A stretch of DNA of 64,000 nt from an uncultured Candidatus Binatia bacterium (GCA_964291295.2 OZ219754.1:512001-576000); one strand, 5' to 3'; positions 1-11,155 are shown, counted from the first letter of the stretch. The notes: generated by a model not told the origin, from the letters alone. Program-made: numbers and translations.

Positions 1-400
1 GCATCAGGCGGTTCTTCAGGTAGATGTCGAAGGTCACGAGCGAGGACGGTTTCCAGCGGTGTTTCCGCCGCGAGCGGTAACGGGCGGCGAAGTCCCGGAA
101 CAGCGGCGCCTTCTCCTTGCGCGGCGGCGTCACGTCCTCGCCGCCCCACAGGCGGGCGAGCACGGCCGCGCCTTCCCGGCGGGCCGCGTCGAGAGGCAGT
201 TCGGGGAAGCGCCCGAGGGTGATCTTGCGCATGCGTCCTTTCACGCGGGTCTGGACGATCCAGGACCGGACGCCGGAGGGCTGCACCCTGACCCCGAAAT
301 GCGCCAGCAGACTGTCCCACAGGGTGTATTCCCGTTCCGCCGGCTTCGCGGCGGCGACGGCCTTCACGGTGAGCCGGATACGATGCCTGCTGCCGCTCAT
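1..400 (-). CDS. Tyrosine recombinase/integrase with arm-type DNA-binding N-terminus, running off the window edge
   Basis: Manual translation from ATG at 400: MSGSRHRIRLTVKAVAAAKPAEREYTLWDSLLAHFGVRVQPSGVRSWIVQTRVKGRMRKITLGRFPEL...WKPSS. Start overlaps the stop of the upstream integrase (ATGA). Confidence 0.85.
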   Translation of the reverse strand, partial: MSGSRHRIRLTVKAVAAAKPAEREYTLWDSLLAHFGVRVQPSGVRSWIVQTRVKGRMRKITLGRFPELPLDAARREGAAVLARLWGGEDVTPPRKEKAPLFRDFAARYRSRRKHRWKPSSLVTFDIYLKNRLM

Positions 401-1243
401 CGCCCGCTCCCCTTCCCGGTCATGGCCTCGTGAACGATGCCGGAGATGCGCCCGGCCGCCTCGCGGACATGTTCGTCGGCGAGATGGGCGTAGCGTTCGG
501 TGGAAGCGGCATCGGCATGGCCGAGCAGGCGGCCGACGGTGTAGAGGTCGAGACCGCTCATCACGGCATGGGCGGCGAGACCGCGCAGCTTCTGCCAGCG
601 GAAGCCGAGATCGGTCATCGGGCCGCCGCCCTTCCTGTTCGGGAAAATGAACCTTCCCTCGCGCGGCACTGTCCTGTAGCGCCGCATGTTGCGGCAGGGG
701 TTGTATCCCTGCGAGCGAAGGTCCCAGAGCTCCGCCTGCCGCATCATCACCGACAGCACCGGCAGGGTCCGGTTGGCGCTGCCGGGGGCTCCGCTGAGGG
801 AATCGAACCAGCGCCGCACATCGGCGCGGTCGATCCCGGCGACGTGCATCGCGCCGAAGAAGGGCACAAGGCGGCGCTCGATCAGGTGGGCGTTGCCCGT
901 CCTCGTGGAGGGCTTCCAGCGCCGCCCTTGGCGGCGCTGGAAGTAGGCCGCGAAATCGGCGAACAGCGGCCCGCTCTCGTGGTCGGCCCTGGCTTCGGTG
1001 ATGGCGGCAAGGGCCTTCTCCCTTGCCTCGGCGGCGGTCATGTCGTCGGCCGTGCCGAGGACGGTTCGGGACGCCGACGGGGCGCAGGGCCCGGACGAAG
1101 AAGGTCTTCGTCCCGTTCCTGGCGACGGTGAAGCCGAAGGCGGGCAGATCCCTGTCGATGACGGTCAGGCCGTATCGTCCGGGTTTCTTCTCCCTGAAGG
1201 TGCGGCGGACCGTCCGCTCGTTGATGGTGGCGTGGATGCGCAT
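397..1243 (-). pseudogene. Degenerate tyrosine integrase (frameshift plus in-frame deletions)
   Basis: N-terminus MRIHATINERTV...DRDLPAFGFTVARNGTKTFFVR from 1243 shifts frame near 1070 into ORF 397-1041. LLGH...TERYAH is kept, but the box I Arg and HxLRH regions are missing. Confidence 0.85.
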
Positions 1244-1613
1244 GGGCGTGTCTCCGTTGTCTGTTCCCTCGGGCGCCGTCCGTCCCGGGGGAACGGAACG
1301 ACACTTTTGAACCGACAACGCGACCCGCGCGGGGGACCGCGGCCAGAGGCCGAGTCAGGCCCAACCATCTGTCACGCAACGGAAAACTCCCGACCGATGC
1401 GGGCCGGCCCGGCCTCGCTCTCTGCATCAACGATGCGTGTGGTTGTGAGAACCACTGCGCCGCAGGGCATTCCAATCGCGATTCCTGACCGCTCAACCCG
1501 TCAGGCGATGCAAGCCGTTGTGCCATCGGCATTCCGTTTTCAGGCTCACTTTGCTTCGGACAAGACTCCGGATGGACTCCCCGGCGCCGGGACTGGTAAC
1601 ATGGGTCGGAAAG

Positions 1614-2744
1614 ATGGCCTTCTACCTGCACATCGACATGGACTCCTTCTACGTGTCCGTGGAGCGCGTCCTGGACCCTTCGCTGGAGGGCAGGCCGGTG
1701 ATGGTAGGCGGTGCCGGCCGCGGGGTGGTCACCTCCGCGTCCTACGAAGCCCGGCACTACGGCGTCCGGTCGGCCATGCCGGGATTCCAGGCGCGCCGGC
1801 TGTGCCCGGACGGGATCTTCGTTCCCGCCCAGCACAGGCGCTACAGCGAATTTTCCATAAAAGTGTTCGACCTGCTGCGGTGCTTTTCGCCGGACGTCCG
1901 GGCCTTTTCCATCGACGAGGCACTGGTGGACCTGACCGGAACGGAACGGCTCATGGGCCACCCCGTGCGCACGGCGCACAAGATCATCGAGCGCATCAAG
2001 GGCGATCTGGGACTGCCGTCGTCCGGCGGGCTGGCCACCCATCCGACTCTGGCGAAAATCGCCGCCACCGCGGTCAAACCCCGGGGCCTGCTCTACGTAC
2101 CACCGGGTTCCGAGGCGCGCTTCGTCGGCCCGCTGGACGTTGCCGTGGTCCCCGGCATCGGTCCCAAGGCGCGCCGTGAACTGGCGGACCGCGGCATCAA
2201 CACCGTGGGCCGGCTTCTCGCCCATCCCGGGCCGGGGCGGCGCTATCTCGATCTCGAACACCCGCCGCGGAGCGCCCGCGCCCAGGAGCACTCCATCGGA
2301 AGCGAGACCACGCCGTCACGGCCGTTCACCAATGCGGCGGACATGGAACAGGTGCTGGGCGGGCTCGTGGGAGAGGTGGCGGCCCGGCTGCGCCGCCAAG
2401 GCGGACGGGCCCGCCGCATCACCTTGAAGCTCCGCTACGCCGACTTCCGGACCGTCACCCGCTCGCGCACCCTGAAGGCGCCCACCTGCTTCGACGTGGA
2501 GATCTTCAAGGTCGCGCGGGAACTGCTGGCAAAGAACCGGGTGGCCGGCAGGCCGGTGCGGCTTGTCGGCATCAGCGCCAGCGGCATTGTCACCGGGGGA
2601 TGGCAAGAGTCCATCTTCGACCATCGGGAACAGGCGTCCATGGACCGGCTCTACAGGGATATCGACCGGCTGCGCCACAAGTACGGCGAGCAGGCCGTGA
2701 CTCTCGGGGCGGGGAAGCGCCGCTCCCACCGGATTCAGGCATGA
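1614..2744 (+). CDS. dinB: DNA polymerase IV (Y family)
   Basis: [27 protein letters not shown] and little-finger motif LKLRYADF. Confidence 0.93.
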   Translation: MAFYLHIDMDSFYVSVERVLDPSLEGRPVMVGGAGRGVVTSASYEARHYGVRSAMPGFQARRLCPDGIFVPAQHRRYSEFSIKVFDLLRCFSPDVRAFSIDEALVDLTGTERLMGHPVRTAHKIIERIKGDLGLPSSGGLATHPTLAKIAATAVKPRGLLYVPPGSEARFVGPLDVAVVPGIGPKARRELADRGINTVGRLLAHPGPGRRYLDLEHPPRSARAQEHSIGSETTPSRPFTNAADMEQVLGGLVGEVAARLRRQGGRARRITLKLRYADFRTVTRSRTLKAPTCFDVEIFKVARELLAKNRVAGRPVRLVGISASGIVTGGWQESIFDHREQASMDRLYRDIDRLRHKYGEQAVTLGAGKRRSHRIQA

Positions 2745-3826
2745 CCGGCACGTCGTCACCGCACCCGTTCCTCGCCGCCTGCCGGCGCGGCAAGACCCTC
2801 TACACGCCGGTCTGGATCATGCGTCAGGCCGGGCGCTACATGAAAGAGTACCGCGACGTGCGCGCCAGGGTCGGCTTTCTCGAACTGTGCAAGACCCCGG
2901 ACCTGGTGGCGGAGGTGACGGTGACGCCGGTGGAGCGCCTCAACGTCGACGCCGCCATCCTCTTCGCCGACATCCTGCTGCTGCTGGAGCCCATGGGGGT
3001 GGGGCTGGAATACGCCGCAGGCGGGCCGGTGATCCATCGGCCGGTGAGGACCGGCAGCGACATCGACGGGCTGCGCGATCCGATGCCGGAAGCGTCTCTC
3101 TCGTATGTGTGCGATGCCGTTCGCCGCACCCGCACGGCGCTGGCCGGACGCGTGCCGCTGATCGGTTTCTGCGGCGCCCCCTTCACGCTGGCATCCTACC
3201 TCATCGAGGGCGGCGCCTCGCGCAACTACATCCACACCAAGCGGCTGTTCCACACCGACCCCGGCGCCTGGAACACGCTCATGGAGCGCCTCGTGGACGC
3301 CACCGTTTCTTATGTCAACGCGCAGATCAGGGCCGGCATCGACGCACTCCAGGTCTTCGACAGCTGGGTGGGCTGCCTTGCACCGGACGACTACCGCCAG
3401 CACGTCCTGCCGCACATGCGCCGGCTGATGGCCAAAATCGCGCCCGGCGTCCCCGTCATCCACTTCGGCACCGGCACCTGCGGCCTGCTGGAACTCATGC
3501 GGGAGGCCGGCAGCGACGTGCTCGGCGTGGACTGGCGCGTGGACCTGGACCAGGCCTGGGAACGCGTGGGCCATGACGTGGCCATCCAGGGCAATCTCGA
3601 CCCGGTGGCGCTGTTCGCGCCGCCCGCCGAGATCCGCCGCCGCGTCGGCGCCATCCTCCGGCAGGCGCAGGGCCGCCGCGGCCATATCTTCAACCTTGGC
3701 CACGGCATTCTCCCGGAAACCCCCGTGGACCACGTCAGGGCCATGGTGGACGCGGTGCACGAACTCAGCGAAAAACAACCGCCGGCGGCGGAAAGCGATG
3801 CCTTTCGCCATGAATCCGGGGCATGA
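2741..3826 (+). CDS. hemE: Uroporphyrinogen decarboxylase
   Basis: [34 protein letters not shown]; ATGA overlap with dinB. Confidence 0.96.
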   Translation: MTGTSSPHPFLAACRRGKTLYTPVWIMRQAGRYMKEYRDVRARVGFLELCKTPDLVAEVTVTPVERLNVDAAILFADILLLLEPMGVGLEYAAGGPVIHRPVRTGSDIDGLRDPMPEASLSYVCDAVRRTRTALAGRVPLIGFCGAPFTLASYLIEGGASRNYIHTKRLFHTDPGAWNTLMERLVDATVSYVNAQIRAGIDALQVFDSWVGCLAPDDYRQHVLPHMRRLMAKIAPGVPVIHFGTGTCGLLELMREAGSDVLGVDWRVDLDQAWERVGHDVAIQGNLDPVALFAPPAEIRRRVGAILRQAQGRRGHIFNLGHGILPETPVDHVRAMVDAVHELSEKQPPAAESDAFRHESGA

Positions 3827-3838
3827 CCCCGCGGCCGG

Positions 3839-5281
3839 GTGCAGTCCGTGGCGGGTGTGACCCGGGAGATCATCGTCATCGGCGGGGGTATCGCCGGCTT
3901 AGCCGCGGCGCATCGGCTGACGGAACTGGGCCGCGCCGGGGCGCTCAAACTCCGGGTCACGCTGCTGGAAGCCGCCGGCCGCCTCGGCGGCGTCATCGCC
4001 ACGGAGCATGCCCGGGGCCTGCTGCTGGAACTCGGTCCGGACTCCTGCATTACCGACAAACCGGCCGCGCTGCGCCTCTGCCAGCGGCTGGGCCTGACCG
4101 ATCGCCTCATCGCACCGCGGCACGCCGGTCTGAAGCTTTACACGGTACACCGGGGCCGCCTGGAGCCGCTGCCCGAAGGATTCCTGTTGATGGCTCCCAC
4201 ACGCGCGGCGCCGCTGCTGCGAAGCCCCCTGTTCTCCCTTGGCGGCAAGCTGCGCATGGCACTGGAGCCCCTGGTCCCGAGACGCGGCGACGACGGCGAC
4301 GAGAGCCTGGCGTCGTTCGTGCGCCGCCGGCTGGGCCGGGAAGTGCTGGAACGGGTGGCGCAGCCCCTCATCGGCGGCATCTACGCCTCCGACCCGGCGA
4401 CCCTGAGCCTGGCCGCCACCATGCCGCGCTTCCCGGACATGGAACGCAACCACGGCGGCGTGATCCTCGGCACCCGCCGGGCGCAGAAGCGCCGGGCACA
4501 GGCCGCCGGCGAGACCGGAGCGCGCTGGAGCCTCTTCATCAGCATCGACGGCGGCATGGAGGTGCTCGTGCACCGGATCCAGGAGGTCCTGGAGTCCAGC
4601 GACATCCGTCTTGGCGAAACGGTCCGGGAGCTGTCCTGGAACGGGGCCGCCCGCGGCTGGCGCGTGGAAACCGGCGGCACCGGCTTCGCGGCGGACGCCG
4701 TCATCTGTACGCTGCCGGCCTTCGCCGCGGCCGCCGCGGTGACAACGCTGGACCCGGAACTGGCCGGTGAGCTGCGGGCCATTCCCTTCTCGTCCACCGC
4801 CACGGTCAATCTGGCCTACCGCAGGAGAGACATCGCCCATCCCCTCGACGGATACGGTTTCGTGGTGCCGCACGTGGAAGGGCGAAAGATCATGGCCTGC
4901 ACCTTCAGCAGCGTGAAGTACGCCGGAAGGGCTCCGGAAGAGACCGCACTGCTGCGCTGCTTCGCCGGCGGCGCCCTGCGGCCCGAACTGCTGGAGCAGC
5001 CGGACAGCTCTCTCGAAGCCCGGGTGCGGAGCGACCTGGAAGACCTCCTCGGCATATCCGCCGCACCGGTGCTCTGCCGCACCACCCGCTATCCGCGGGC
5101 CATGCCCCAGTACCAGGTCGGCCACCTGGAGCGCATGGCGAGAATCGAAGCCCGGCTCGCGCGCTTTCCCACCCTCGCCCTGGCCGGCAAGAGCTACCGC
5201 GGCGTGGGCATGGCCGATTGCATCCACGGCGGCGAAACAGCCGCCGAGGGCATCGTGGAGCGGCTCACGCGGGGGGCGTGA
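3839..5281 (+). CDS. hemY: Protoporphyrinogen/coproporphyrinogen oxidase, HemY type
   Basis: GGGIAGL FAD motif, ELGPDS, MPQYQVGH, GVGMADC; start uncertain (3839 or 3857). Confidence 0.92.
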   Translation: MQSVAGVTREIIVIGGGIAGLAAAHRLTELGRAGALKLRVTLLEAAGRLGGVIATEHARGLLLELGPDSCITDKPAALRLCQRLGLTDRLIAPRHAGLKLYTVHRGRLEPLPEGFLLMAPTRAAPLLRSPLFSLGGKLRMALEPLVPRRGDDGDESLASFVRRRLGREVLERVAQPLIGGIYASDPATLSLAATMPRFPDMERNHGGVILGTRRAQKRRAQAAGETGARWSLFISIDGGMEVLVHRIQEVLESSDIRLGETVRELSWNGAARGWRVETGGTGFAADAVICTLPAFAAAAAVTTLDPELAGELRAIPFSSTATVNLAYRRRDIAHPLDGYGFVVPHVEGRKIMACTFSSVKYAGRAPEETALLRCFAGGALRPELLEQPDSSLEARVRSDLEDLLGISAAPVLCRTTRYPRAMPQYQVGHLERMARIEARLARFPTLALAGKSYRGVGMADCIHGGETAAEGIVERLTRGA

Positions 5282-5287
5282 AGGGGA

Positions 5288-5707
5288 TCATGCCGCCGTT
5301 CCGATCCGCTGTCGGCTCAGAGTCGGCTCGTAGAGCAGCTGGATGACCACACCGTCCGGGTCGGCGCAGTAGAAGGAGGCGCTGCCGTCGCGGTGACGCC
5401 GGAACGGCTTGATGATGGTGACGTCCCGGGCGCGAAACTCGCTCTCGAGTTCCTGGACGCGGTGGATGTCGGAGACGATGAAGCCCAAGTGGTCGAGGGA
5501 CGGGGCGTCGGCAGGCGCCCGGCCTTCAGGCGCTTCATGCAGGGCGAGGTTGTCCGCCCCGGAACTCAGATAGGCGTTCCGGGGGTCGGGTTGCCACACC
5601 ACCTCCATGCCCAGGACGTCCTGGTAGAAGGCCTTGGAGCGCTCGACGTCCTTGACGTTGAGGGCGATGTGGCGCATTCCCATCAAGCCGCTGAGGGCCC
5701 CGGGCAT
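5288..5707 (-). CDS. VOC/glyoxalase family protein
   Basis: RHIALNVKDVERSKAFY, LDHLGF, FYCADPDG. Confidence 0.88.
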   Translation of the reverse strand: MPGALSGLMGMRHIALNVKDVERSKAFYQDVLGMEVVWQPDPRNAYLSSGADNLALHEAPEGRAPADAPSLDHLGFIVSDIHRVQELESEFRARDVTIIKPFRRHRDGSASFYCADPDGVVIQLLYEPTLSRQRIGTAA

Positions 5708-5767
5708 GGCGTCGTCCTTGTGGGAGCCGCGGCGAGGCCGCCGCACTGCCGGCCTCGCCCGCGGGAA

Positions 5768-6625
5768 TCAGCCGTCGAGTGCGTCCTGGACGGCCCGGGC
5801 CGTGTGGAGCCGGGCCAGATGGGAACGGAACTCGCCGGACGCGTGGATGTCGTCGAGAGCCTCGACACCGTCCGCCACGCCGGCCGCGGCCGCGGCGATG
5901 GCGTCGGCCGTCAGCGCCTTGCCCCTGAGACGGTCTTCCACCGCGGTAGCCCGGAACGGGGTGCCGGCGAGGCCGGTGACACCGATGCCGATGTCGGTGC
6001 AGGTGCCGCCGTCCGTGCGCAGCCACACCGCAATCCCGACGATGGCGAAGCCGGAAGCCTTCTGCCTGACCTTGCGGTGGGCCATGCGGGTGCCGGCGGC
6101 GGGCACGGGAACCGCCAGTCCGGTCAGGATCTCCGCGGGCTCGATGGCGGTGGTCAGGGGGCCGAGGAAAAAGTCCCTGGCGGCCACCGGGCGCGAGCCC
6201 TCCCTGCTCGCCAGCGTCACCTCGGCGTCCAGGGCCAGCAGCGCCGCCGGCCAGTCCGCGGCCGGATCCCCGTGAACCACGCTGCCGCCGATGGTGCCGC
6301 GATTGCGTACCTGCGGGTCGCCGATGCTGCCGGCGGTCAGGGCCAGCAATCCGCAGTGGTCCTTCACGTCGCCGGAGACCGCCACCTGGTGATGCGTCAC
6401 CAGCGCGCCGATGTGAAGGATGCCGCCGTCCAACCGGATGCGGCGCAGCGAATCCAGCCGCTTGAGATCGATGACCACGGCCGGCTGAGCCAGCCGCAGC
6501 TTCATCATGGGCAGCAGGCTGTGCCCCCCGGCCATGACCTTGGCCTCGTCTCCGGCGTCCGCCAGACGGGCCGCCGCCTCCTCAAGGCTGTCCGGAACGA
6601 TGTAATCGAAAGCTGCAGGTATCAT
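5768..6625 (-). CDS. coxM: CoxM/CutM-like FAD subunit of a Mo-hydroxylase
   Basis: AGGHSLLPMMKLRLAQP, QVRNRGTIGGS. Confidence 0.9.
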   Translation of the reverse strand: MIPAAFDYIVPDSLEEAAARLADAGDEAKVMAGGHSLLPMMKLRLAQPAVVIDLKRLDSLRRIRLDGGILHIGALVTHHQVAVSGDVKDHCGLLALTAGSIGDPQVRNRGTIGGSVVHGDPAADWPAALLALDAEVTLASREGSRPVAARDFFLGPLTTAIEPAEILTGLAVPVPAAGTRMAHRKVRQKASGFAIVGIAVWLRTDGGTCTDIGIGVTGLAGTPFRATAVEDRLRGKALTADAIAAAAAGVADGVEALDDIHASGEFRSHLARLHTARAVQDALDG

Positions 6626-6637
6626 GATCGGCTCTCG

Positions 6638-8971
6638 CTAGCTGGTCTGCGGGCCGCCCTGGCAAAGGCGCCAGATCTTCTCGGGCTTGAGCGGCATGTC
6701 GATATGGGTGACGCCGAACGGGGCCAGCGCATCCACCACGGCGTTGACGATGGAGGGAGTGGAGCCGATGGTGCCGGCCTCGCCCACTCCCTTGACCCCC
6801 ATGGGATTCACCGGCGACGGGGTCTCCGTGCGGGCGAACTCCAGGGGCGGCAGATCTTCGGCCCGGGCCACCGCGTAGTCCATGAGGCTGCCGGTGACGA
6901 GTTGGCCGTCCTCGTCGTAGACCACCTCTTCCAGGAGCGCCTGGCCGAGCCCCTGGGCAATGCCGCCCTGCACCTGGCCGTCCACGATCAGCGGGTTGAT
7001 GACCTTGCCGCAGTCATCCACCGCGACGTACTTCCGGATCTCGATCTCGCCGCTCCGGGTGTCCACTTCCACCACGCAGATGTGCGTGCCGAAGGGGAAC
7101 GTGAAGTTCGACGGCTCGAACACCGAGGTCGCCTGAAGCCCCGGCTCCATGCCGGCGGGCAGCTTGGTGGCCACATGGGCCTGCAGGGCCACCTCCTGGA
7201 TGGTGATCCCCTTGTCGGGCACCCCCTTGACCGAGAATCTGCCGTCCTCGAACTCCAGGTCGTCGGTGCTGCATTCCAGCACATTGGCGGCGATGGCCTC
7301 GGCCTTCTCCCTGACCTTCTGCGTCGCCATGTACACCGCGGTGCCGCCCACGGAGATGCCGCGGCTCCCGAACGTGCCGATGCCGTTGGGCACCACGGCG
7401 GTGTCGCCGTGCAGCACGGCGATGTCCTCCACAGGAACCCCGAGCTCGTCCGAGACGATCTGCGCGAAGGTCGTCTCCTCTCCCTGGCCGTGGGGCGACA
7501 CGCCGGTGAGCACGGTGGTCTTGCCGGTGAAGTCCAGGCGGACGGTGCCGCTCTCCCAGCCTCCGGCCGGCAGCGCCGCGGACGGCCCCATGGCGCAGAT
7601 CTCGACGTAGGTGGAGAAGCCGATGCCGAGATAGCGCCCCTCCTCCCTCAGCCGCTTCTGCTGCGCGCGCAGCTCCTCGTAACCGACCATCTCCAGAGCC
7701 TTGTCCAGCGCCGCCTGATAATTGCCGCTGTCATAGGCCAGGCCCGTGGCCACCGGCAGCGGGAAATCGGCGGGCTGGGCGAAATTCTTCCGGCGCACCG
7801 CCACCGGATCCATGTCCAGCTCGCGGGCGATCAGGTCGAGGGTACGCTCGATCACCAGCGTGGCTTCGGGTCTGCCGGCGCCGCGGTAGGCGTCGGTGGC
7901 GACCTTGTTGGTGAAAGCGCCGGTGGAACGGAAGCGCAGGGTGGGAATCTTGTAGCAGCCGCTGATCATCAACCCCGTAAGCGGCGGCATTCCCGGGGTG
8001 AGGAGCTGGAGATAGGCGCCGGTGTCCAGCAGGCTGTCGTAGGTGACGCCCAGGATCGTGCCGTCCTTCTTCACCGCCGCTTCCACCGTGCCCACCTGTC
8101 CGCGTCCGTGTATCGTCGCCTGGATGTTCTCGCGCCGGCCTTCGATCCACTTCACCGTGCCCTTGAGCTTCATCGCCAAGTGGGCCAGCAGCGCCTCTTC
8201 CCGATAGACGTTCAGCTTGCATCCGAAGCCGCCGCCCACCTCCGGGGCGATGATCCGGATGCGGTGTTCCGGGAACCCCAGCATGAGCGCCAGCATGGCC
8301 CGGAGCAGATGCGGTATCTGGGTCGAGCTCCAGACGGTCAACTCGTCCTCACCCGGAAAGTACCGGGCCACCACGCCGCGGGTCTCCACCGGAATCGGCG
8401 CCAGCCGCTGGTGGACGAACTTCTGCCTGATGACGACGTCCGCCTCGGCGCGGGCCTTGTCCATGTCCCCGGTGCCGAGCTCGAAGGTGAAGGCCTGGTT
8501 GTCGGGCCACTGGGAATGGACGACAGGGGAGTCCGGCGCAAGCGCCTTTTCCAGGTCCGAGACCACGGGAAGCGGCTCGTAGTCCACCTCGATGAGGTCG
8601 AGGGCATCCCGGGCCGTGTAGGAATCCTCGGCCACCACCGCGGCCACGGGTTCTCCCACGTGCCGGACGTGTTCCCGGGCCAGCACCGGGTGCGGCGGGG
8701 TGCGCAAGGTGGGATTGGCGGCCGCACAGGGCACCGACCCCACGCTGTCGCCGATCTCCGCGCCGGTCACCACGCTGCGGACGCCGGGCAGGGCCCGCGC
8801 CGCGTCCGTGTGGATGCCGTTGATGCGGGCGTGCGCGTGGGGGCTGCGCAGGATCGCCGCGTGGAGGAGGTCCGCCATCCGCAGGTCGTCCACATAGTGC
8901 GAGAGCCCCTGTACCAGGCGAGGGTCTTCACGCCGCCTGACCCTGGTTCCAACAAGCTTGCTTACCGGCAT
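6638..8971 (-). CDS. CoxL-like (form II / xanthine dehydrogenase family) molybdopterin subunit
   Basis: VGGGFG, active-site loop AYRGAGR (form II type, not AYxCSFR), KGVGEAG. Confidence 0.92.
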   Translation of the reverse strand: MPVSKLVGTRVRRREDPRLVQGLSHYVDDLRMADLLHAAILRSPHAHARINGIHTDAARALPGVRSVVTGAEIGDSVGSVPCAAANPTLRTPPHPVLAREHVRHVGEPVAAVVAEDSYTARDALDLIEVDYEPLPVVSDLEKALAPDSPVVHSQWPDNQAFTFELGTGDMDKARAEADVVIRQKFVHQRLAPIPVETRGVVARYFPGEDELTVWSSTQIPHLLRAMLALMLGFPEHRIRIIAPEVGGGFGCKLNVYREEALLAHLAMKLKGTVKWIEGRRENIQATIHGRGQVGTVEAAVKKDGTILGVTYDSLLDTGAYLQLLTPGMPPLTGLMISGCYKIPTLRFRSTGAFTNKVATDAYRGAGRPEATLVIERTLDLIARELDMDPVAVRRKNFAQPADFPLPVATGLAYDSGNYQAALDKALEMVGYEELRAQQKRLREEGRYLGIGFSTYVEICAMGPSAALPAGGWESGTVRLDFTGKTTVLTGVSPHGQGEETTFAQIVSDELGVPVEDIAVLHGDTAVVPNGIGTFGSRGISVGGTAVYMATQKVREKAEAIAANVLECSTDDLEFEDGRFSVKGVPDKGITIQEVALQAHVATKLPAGMEPGLQATSVFEPSNFTFPFGTHICVVEVDTRSGEIEIRKYVAVDDCGKVINPLIVDGQVQGGIAQGLGQALLEEVVYDEDGQLVTGSLMDYAVARAEDLPPLEFARTETPSPVNPMGVKGVGEAGTIGSTPSIVNAVVDALAPFGVTHIDMPLKPEKIWRLCQGGPQTS

Positions 8972-8974
8972 GGC

Positions 8975-9457
8975 TTACGTCCCAGCTTTCATTTGTTCCG
9001 CGGCCTGCTTTACCGCGTCGACGATGTGCTTGTACCCGGTACAACGGCAGATGTTGCCTTCCAGCCCGTGGCGGATATCCTCTTCCGAGGGGCTCGGGTG
9101 CTCCTGGAGGAGTTGCCGCGTGGCCATGATCATGCCGGGAGTGCAAAAGCCGCACTGGAGGCCGTGACAGTCCCAGAAGGCTTCCTGTATCGGATGCAGC
9201 CCGTCGTCGGTGGCGAGGGATTCGATGGTTTCGACCTCGCACCCGTCCGCCTGCACGGCCAGCAGGGTGCAGGACTTCACCGCCGCCCCGTCCACCATGA
9301 CGGTGCAGGCACCGCACAGGCTGGTCTCGCAACCGATGTGCGTCCCGGTGAGACCGAGCACATCGCGCAGCCAGTGCACCAGCAACAGCCGTGGCTCCAC
9401 TTCCGCCGTCCGGCTCACACCGTTGACGCGAACTTCGATCGTGGTCTTCTTGCGCAT
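8975..9457 (-). CDS. coxS: CoxS-like 2x[2Fe-2S] subunit
   Basis: [28 protein letters not shown]. Confidence 0.93.
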   Translation of the reverse strand: MRKKTTIEVRVNGVSRTAEVEPRLLLVHWLRDVLGLTGTHIGCETSLCGACTVMVDGAAVKSCTLLAVQADGCEVETIESLATDDGLHPIQEAFWDCHGLQCGFCTPGMIMATRQLLQEHPSPSEEDIRHGLEGNICRCTGYKHIVDAVKQAAEQMKAGT

Positions 9458-9480
9458 GGTTCCTTGTCCTCGCTGAAGTC

Positions 9481-9510
9481 AGAATACACCCCGTTCAACC
9501 GCGAGGTCAA
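9481..9510 (-). promoter_or_regulatory. Putative sigma70 promoter of the coxS-L-M operon
   Basis: TTGACC-N18-TATTCT on the minus strand, upstream of an AGGA RBS. Confidence 0.5.
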
Positions 9511-9720
9511 CAAAATTATCGCGTCCGCGTCCGGGCCGCAGCCGACCTGCGCGGCGGCCTCCCGGACCTGCCCGATCCCGGCGACGCCGCCGACGCGGGC
9601 CGCGGCGTCAGGGCTTCTGGCGTTGACGCCGCGGCGGGACTCCGGGAGTTTGTGCCGCGGACGCTCGGGAGGTGGTGGAACGGCTCAGCCGCATCCCGAA
9701 GCCTGCTGCGGCATGCACGC

Positions 9721-10398
9721 CTACTCGGCGCGTCCCGCGGCCCGGCCTTCGAACCGCGCGAGGATCGCGTCGACGTCGACGCCCAGTGCGCGCCCTTCGC
9801 GGACCACGCCTTCCTTCTGGCTGCTCCAGCTCTGGACGAACATGTTCTCCAGAAACGCGCGGTTGCCGGTGTCCTCGGCGAAGCGCGCGAGCTTTGCCAT
9901 GACCATGTCCTCGTGGCCTTCTTCGTCGTCCACGATGTCCTTGGCGAGCTGCCGCACCACCGGATCGGGGGTGACGTCCCTCAGGTGCTCCATGAACACC
10001 ACCGCCGACTTCTCGGCGATGTTGCATAGCCGGAACGCACGCACGTCGCCGGCGAGGAACTGGCCGAAGTAGCCGTCGTAGGCTTCGGCGGGAATGTCGT
10101 CGGCCGCACCGCGGCCGTCGAGGTAGTCCTTGATCAGGGCATGGTGCCGGTACTCGTCGGCCGCCTGTTCGGCCACGTGGGCGCGTTCGTGCGGCTCCAG
10201 TTCGTCGTACTGCAGCAGCGCCCTGGTGAACGCCACCGCATGGGCCAGTTCCTTCTTCGCCTGCCGCTGCATCAGGCCCACGAACGCCGAGGTCCGCGGG
10301 TCCAGTTCCGCCAGCGCCTTGCGGATGGCGATGACAGGCCCTTCCAGCTCATCGTGGTATCGACTCCACAACGATTCGACGAATTCTCTTCCGGTCAT
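9721..10398 (-). CDS. Ferritin-like (di-iron four-helix) protein
   Basis: DEYRH and DEEGH ExxH motifs, helical; GGAGG RBS. Confidence 0.75.
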   Translation of the reverse strand: MTGREFVESLWSRYHDELEGPVIAIRKALAELDPRTSAFVGLMQRQAKKELAHAVAFTRALLQYDELEPHERAHVAEQAADEYRHHALIKDYLDGRGAADDIPAEAYDGYFGQFLAGDVRAFRLCNIAEKSAVVFMEHLRDVTPDPVVRQLAKDIVDDEEGHEDMVMAKLARFAEDTGNRAFLENMFVQSWSSQKEGVVREGRALGVDVDAILARFEGRAAGRAE

Positions 10399-10659
10399 TT
10401 CACCGTTCCTCCGTGTCAGCGCTGATCCAGACTAGCCACCGGGCGGTTGCGGTGTCAATTGCCGGTGTCCGAATTGCCCTTCCCTGCCTTCCCTGCGCCG
10501 GCGCGGGAGCGGCGCAGGGGGCGGGCGCCATCCCGAATTCATGAGGCGCTCCACGAAGGCGGCCTTTGCCGCATGGATACCTGCTGCTACAAGAGGCCCG
10601 AGGGGCGGCGACGGCGGTCCGCGTGGACACGCCGGCGCCGCCCGGAAAGGAGACGCGAC

Positions 10660-11034
10660 ATGGCGGACGACGCACGCAAGACATTCGAGGAAGTGTCCCT
10701 GGGCGCCGCGAACAAGGCTTACGACATCATCGCGAAGCTTGACCCCGAATACTCCCGCCACCTGACGGGGCTGTTCGTCGACGGGACTTTCGGGCGCGAG
10801 GGGGCGCTGGACCGAAAGACCAAGGAGTTGATCATGGTCGGCATCACCTGCGCCTTGAACCGACCCCGCGGCGTTCGACTTCACAGCGAACGGGCGCTCA
10901 AGGTCGGCGCCACGCCACGGCAGATTCTGGAGGCGGTGGAGGTGGCGGCCATACCGGGCGGGATGCCGGGACTGTGGCTCGGCGCCGAGACACTGGACGC
11001 CATCCTGCGCGAGCTGGGCCTGGAATTCAGATGA
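10660..11034 (+). CDS. Carboxymuconolactone decarboxylase/AhpD family protein
   Basis: GALDRKTKELIMVGITCAL...LHSERALKVGAT; AGGAG RBS. Confidence 0.88.
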   Translation: MADDARKTFEEVSLGAANKAYDIIAKLDPEYSRHLTGLFVDGTFGREGALDRKTKELIMVGITCALNRPRGVRLHSERALKVGATPRQILEAVEVAAIPGGMPGLWLGAETLDAILRELGLEFR

Positions 11035-11155
11035 CCCCGCAGGGCGGATGACCCCGCAGGGGTCGGTCATGACTCGACGATGGAACGGCTGATTCGCGGC
11101 GCGGGCCGGCTGCCGCGCGGGCCGGCTCGAACCCCGCCTGCTGCTTGAATCCCGC

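Noticed and set aside
6638-8971. Aerobic CO dehydrogenase form I
   Set aside because: AYRGAGR loop and S-L-M order indicate form II / xanthine dehydrogenase family.
5393-10072. 1559-aa plus-strand ORF and other long antisense ORFs (11201-14065, 13564-15633, 40526-42949, 57367-60837)
   Set aside because: Shadow frames of well-supported genes on the opposite strand; high GC removes stop codons and no motifs are recognisable.
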